Origin: Octopus sinensis
Lineage: Eukaryota
DNA length: 8,156 nucleotides
Assembly: GCF_006345805.1 (NCBI RefSeq)
Contig: NW_021828533.1
Span: 1 to 8,156, forward strand
Reading direction: 5' to 3'
Every line of letters starts with the position of its first letter. Position 1 is the first letter of the stretch. Both the position numbers and the translations under genes were made by a program. This document shows positions 6,931 through 8,156 of this stretch, one piece after another. The notes beneath the pieces are model-generated. The model was not told the origin of the DNA. It worked only from the letters and a program-made list of their open reading frames with translations, and made no database searches.

Positions 6931-7070
<140 letters not shown>

Positions 7071-7080
7071 AATGAAAATA

Positions 7081-7277
7081 TCTTTTATCATTTGTTTCGG
7101 TCATTAGAGTACGGCCATCGGTTTGACGAAATTTAGTCCAACTTAATCGACCCCCAGAACTTATTCTATCGGTCTCTTTTCCGAACCGCTAAGTGACGAG
7201 GAGGTAAACACACCAGCATCGGTTGTCAAGCAATGCTAGGGAGACAAACACAGACACACAAACACATACACACACAT
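7081..7277 (-). mobile_element. 3' half of a second SINE family, truncated at its internal (CA)n tract
   Basis: 'tcttttatcatttgtttcggtcatt...aatcgacccccagaacttattctatcggtctcttttccgaaccgctaagtgacg...gtaaacacaccagcatcggttgtcaagc...gacaaacacagacacac' matches my recollection of an abundant octopus tRNA/CORE-type SINE. It shares the motif atcgacccc...acttatt.tatcg with the main SINE. The tRNA head is absent, so the family call rests on recall. Confidence 0.7.
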
Positions 7278-7443
7278 TATCTTAGGCAAGAGACACATCC
7301 ACACTATATTTCAAGAAAAATTTCCTTTCGGGTAATTTCTCGCCACCCGCGATATAATCCGTCAGTTCGAGTACCATAGCAGAATAGCAGAAGATTCCTT
7401 TAATGCTTCACGTCTCCGCATGAGAGAACTTCTTAAGAGATTT

Positions 7444-7598
7444 ATGTATATATATATATATATATATGCATACATACATACATACATACATACTACATAT
7501 ATATATATAATATATAATATATATATATCTATATTAAATATGAATTAGAGATAAACCCACTATTATGCAACTCAAACAGTGATTAGACATAAACTCCC

Positions 7599-7628
<30 letters not shown>
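7444..7628. repeat. (TA)n/(CATA)n microsatellite blocks with a ~75-bp complex spacer
   Basis: TA/CATA runs at 7444-7528 and a TA run at 7607-7628. Confidence 0.85.
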
Positions 7629-7629
<1 letters not shown>

Positions 7630-8156
7630 CTTATTATAAAAGGCAGATTTTATCTGCCTCCCTTTGTAACTTATAGAAATCTACAATATAGGATTTCTTC
7701 AATTACAATTTACCTAGCATTTTTAAGAGTAGAATGCATCGGGTCATGCCAGGTCCAGTTTTTAAAATTTAAACTCCAATTAAGCAAAATTTACAGAAAA
7801 CTCACATTCTGGTGTGTATGTCAAATGCTTTTCTTAATGTGGTTTACACCACACGCACACGCACACACACAGTGTGCAACGAATAAAATGAAAGTAAATA
7901 GCGACAGAGTGATTTGAGGAAGACTAAACTGAAAGTATTTAAACCACTACTCAAAAATAAAAAAACACAGCAAACAGAAACAAATAAATACATAACGATT
8001 TACTCCTCACACAATTTCTTCAATTAGAGTTTACCTAAGATTTTTCAAATACTCCATTCGGTCATGCCATAATATATTTCTTTCAATTTCACCCCCATTA
8101 AGACAAAATTCGAGAAAACTCAATATTTTAACATTTCACTCCGAAAGCATTGATGT
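7629..8156 (+). mobile_element. Probable 5' part of a Helitron-like non-autonomous element with internal direct repeats (runs off the window)
   Basis: Starts A|TCTTATTATAAAA directly after (TA)n. It has a hairpin aggcagat-ttt-atctgcct (7641-7659) and diverged ~110-bp direct repeats at 7693-7804 and 8014-8122. The 3' CTRR end is not visible. Confidence 0.5.

Noticed and set aside
7544-7600. 19-bp imperfect direct repeat (attagagataaacccacta / attagacataaactcccta) between TA blocks, possibly a retroelement scrap
   Set aside because: Too short and AT-rich (16/19 identity) to classify.

Overview
AT-rich, non-coding animal genomic DNA with no credible host protein-coding gene, RNA gene or CRISPR array. 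It is most likely an intron or intergenic region of an octopus (coleoid cephalopod). That assignment rests on my recollection of the repeat families and is unverified. Every ORF in the track is explained by microsatellites or repeat sequence. The core of the window (about 1364-4826) is a pile-up of one ~230-bp tRNA-derived SINE family: nine minus-strand copies or fragments in head-to-tail order, bracketed by plus-strand copies, with at least three alternative 3' tails. Three DNA transposons are nested in this cluster. A 252-bp internally deleted mariner (30-bp TIRs, TA TSD) retains the transposase C-terminus. A 934-bp non-autonomous piggyBac-like element (TTAA TSD) carries a splice-acceptor/polyA 'exon-trap' layout. 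A ~210-bp Helitron-like element lies inside the piggyBac. The rest is microsatellite-rich, with a fragment of a second SINE family, a ~510-bp unclassified repeat-like segment and a probable Helitron-like 5' end at the right edge. I see no evidence of a new protein-based system. The interesting biology is the self-targeting SINE array, its conserved RNA hairpins and inverted pairs, and the nested elements.
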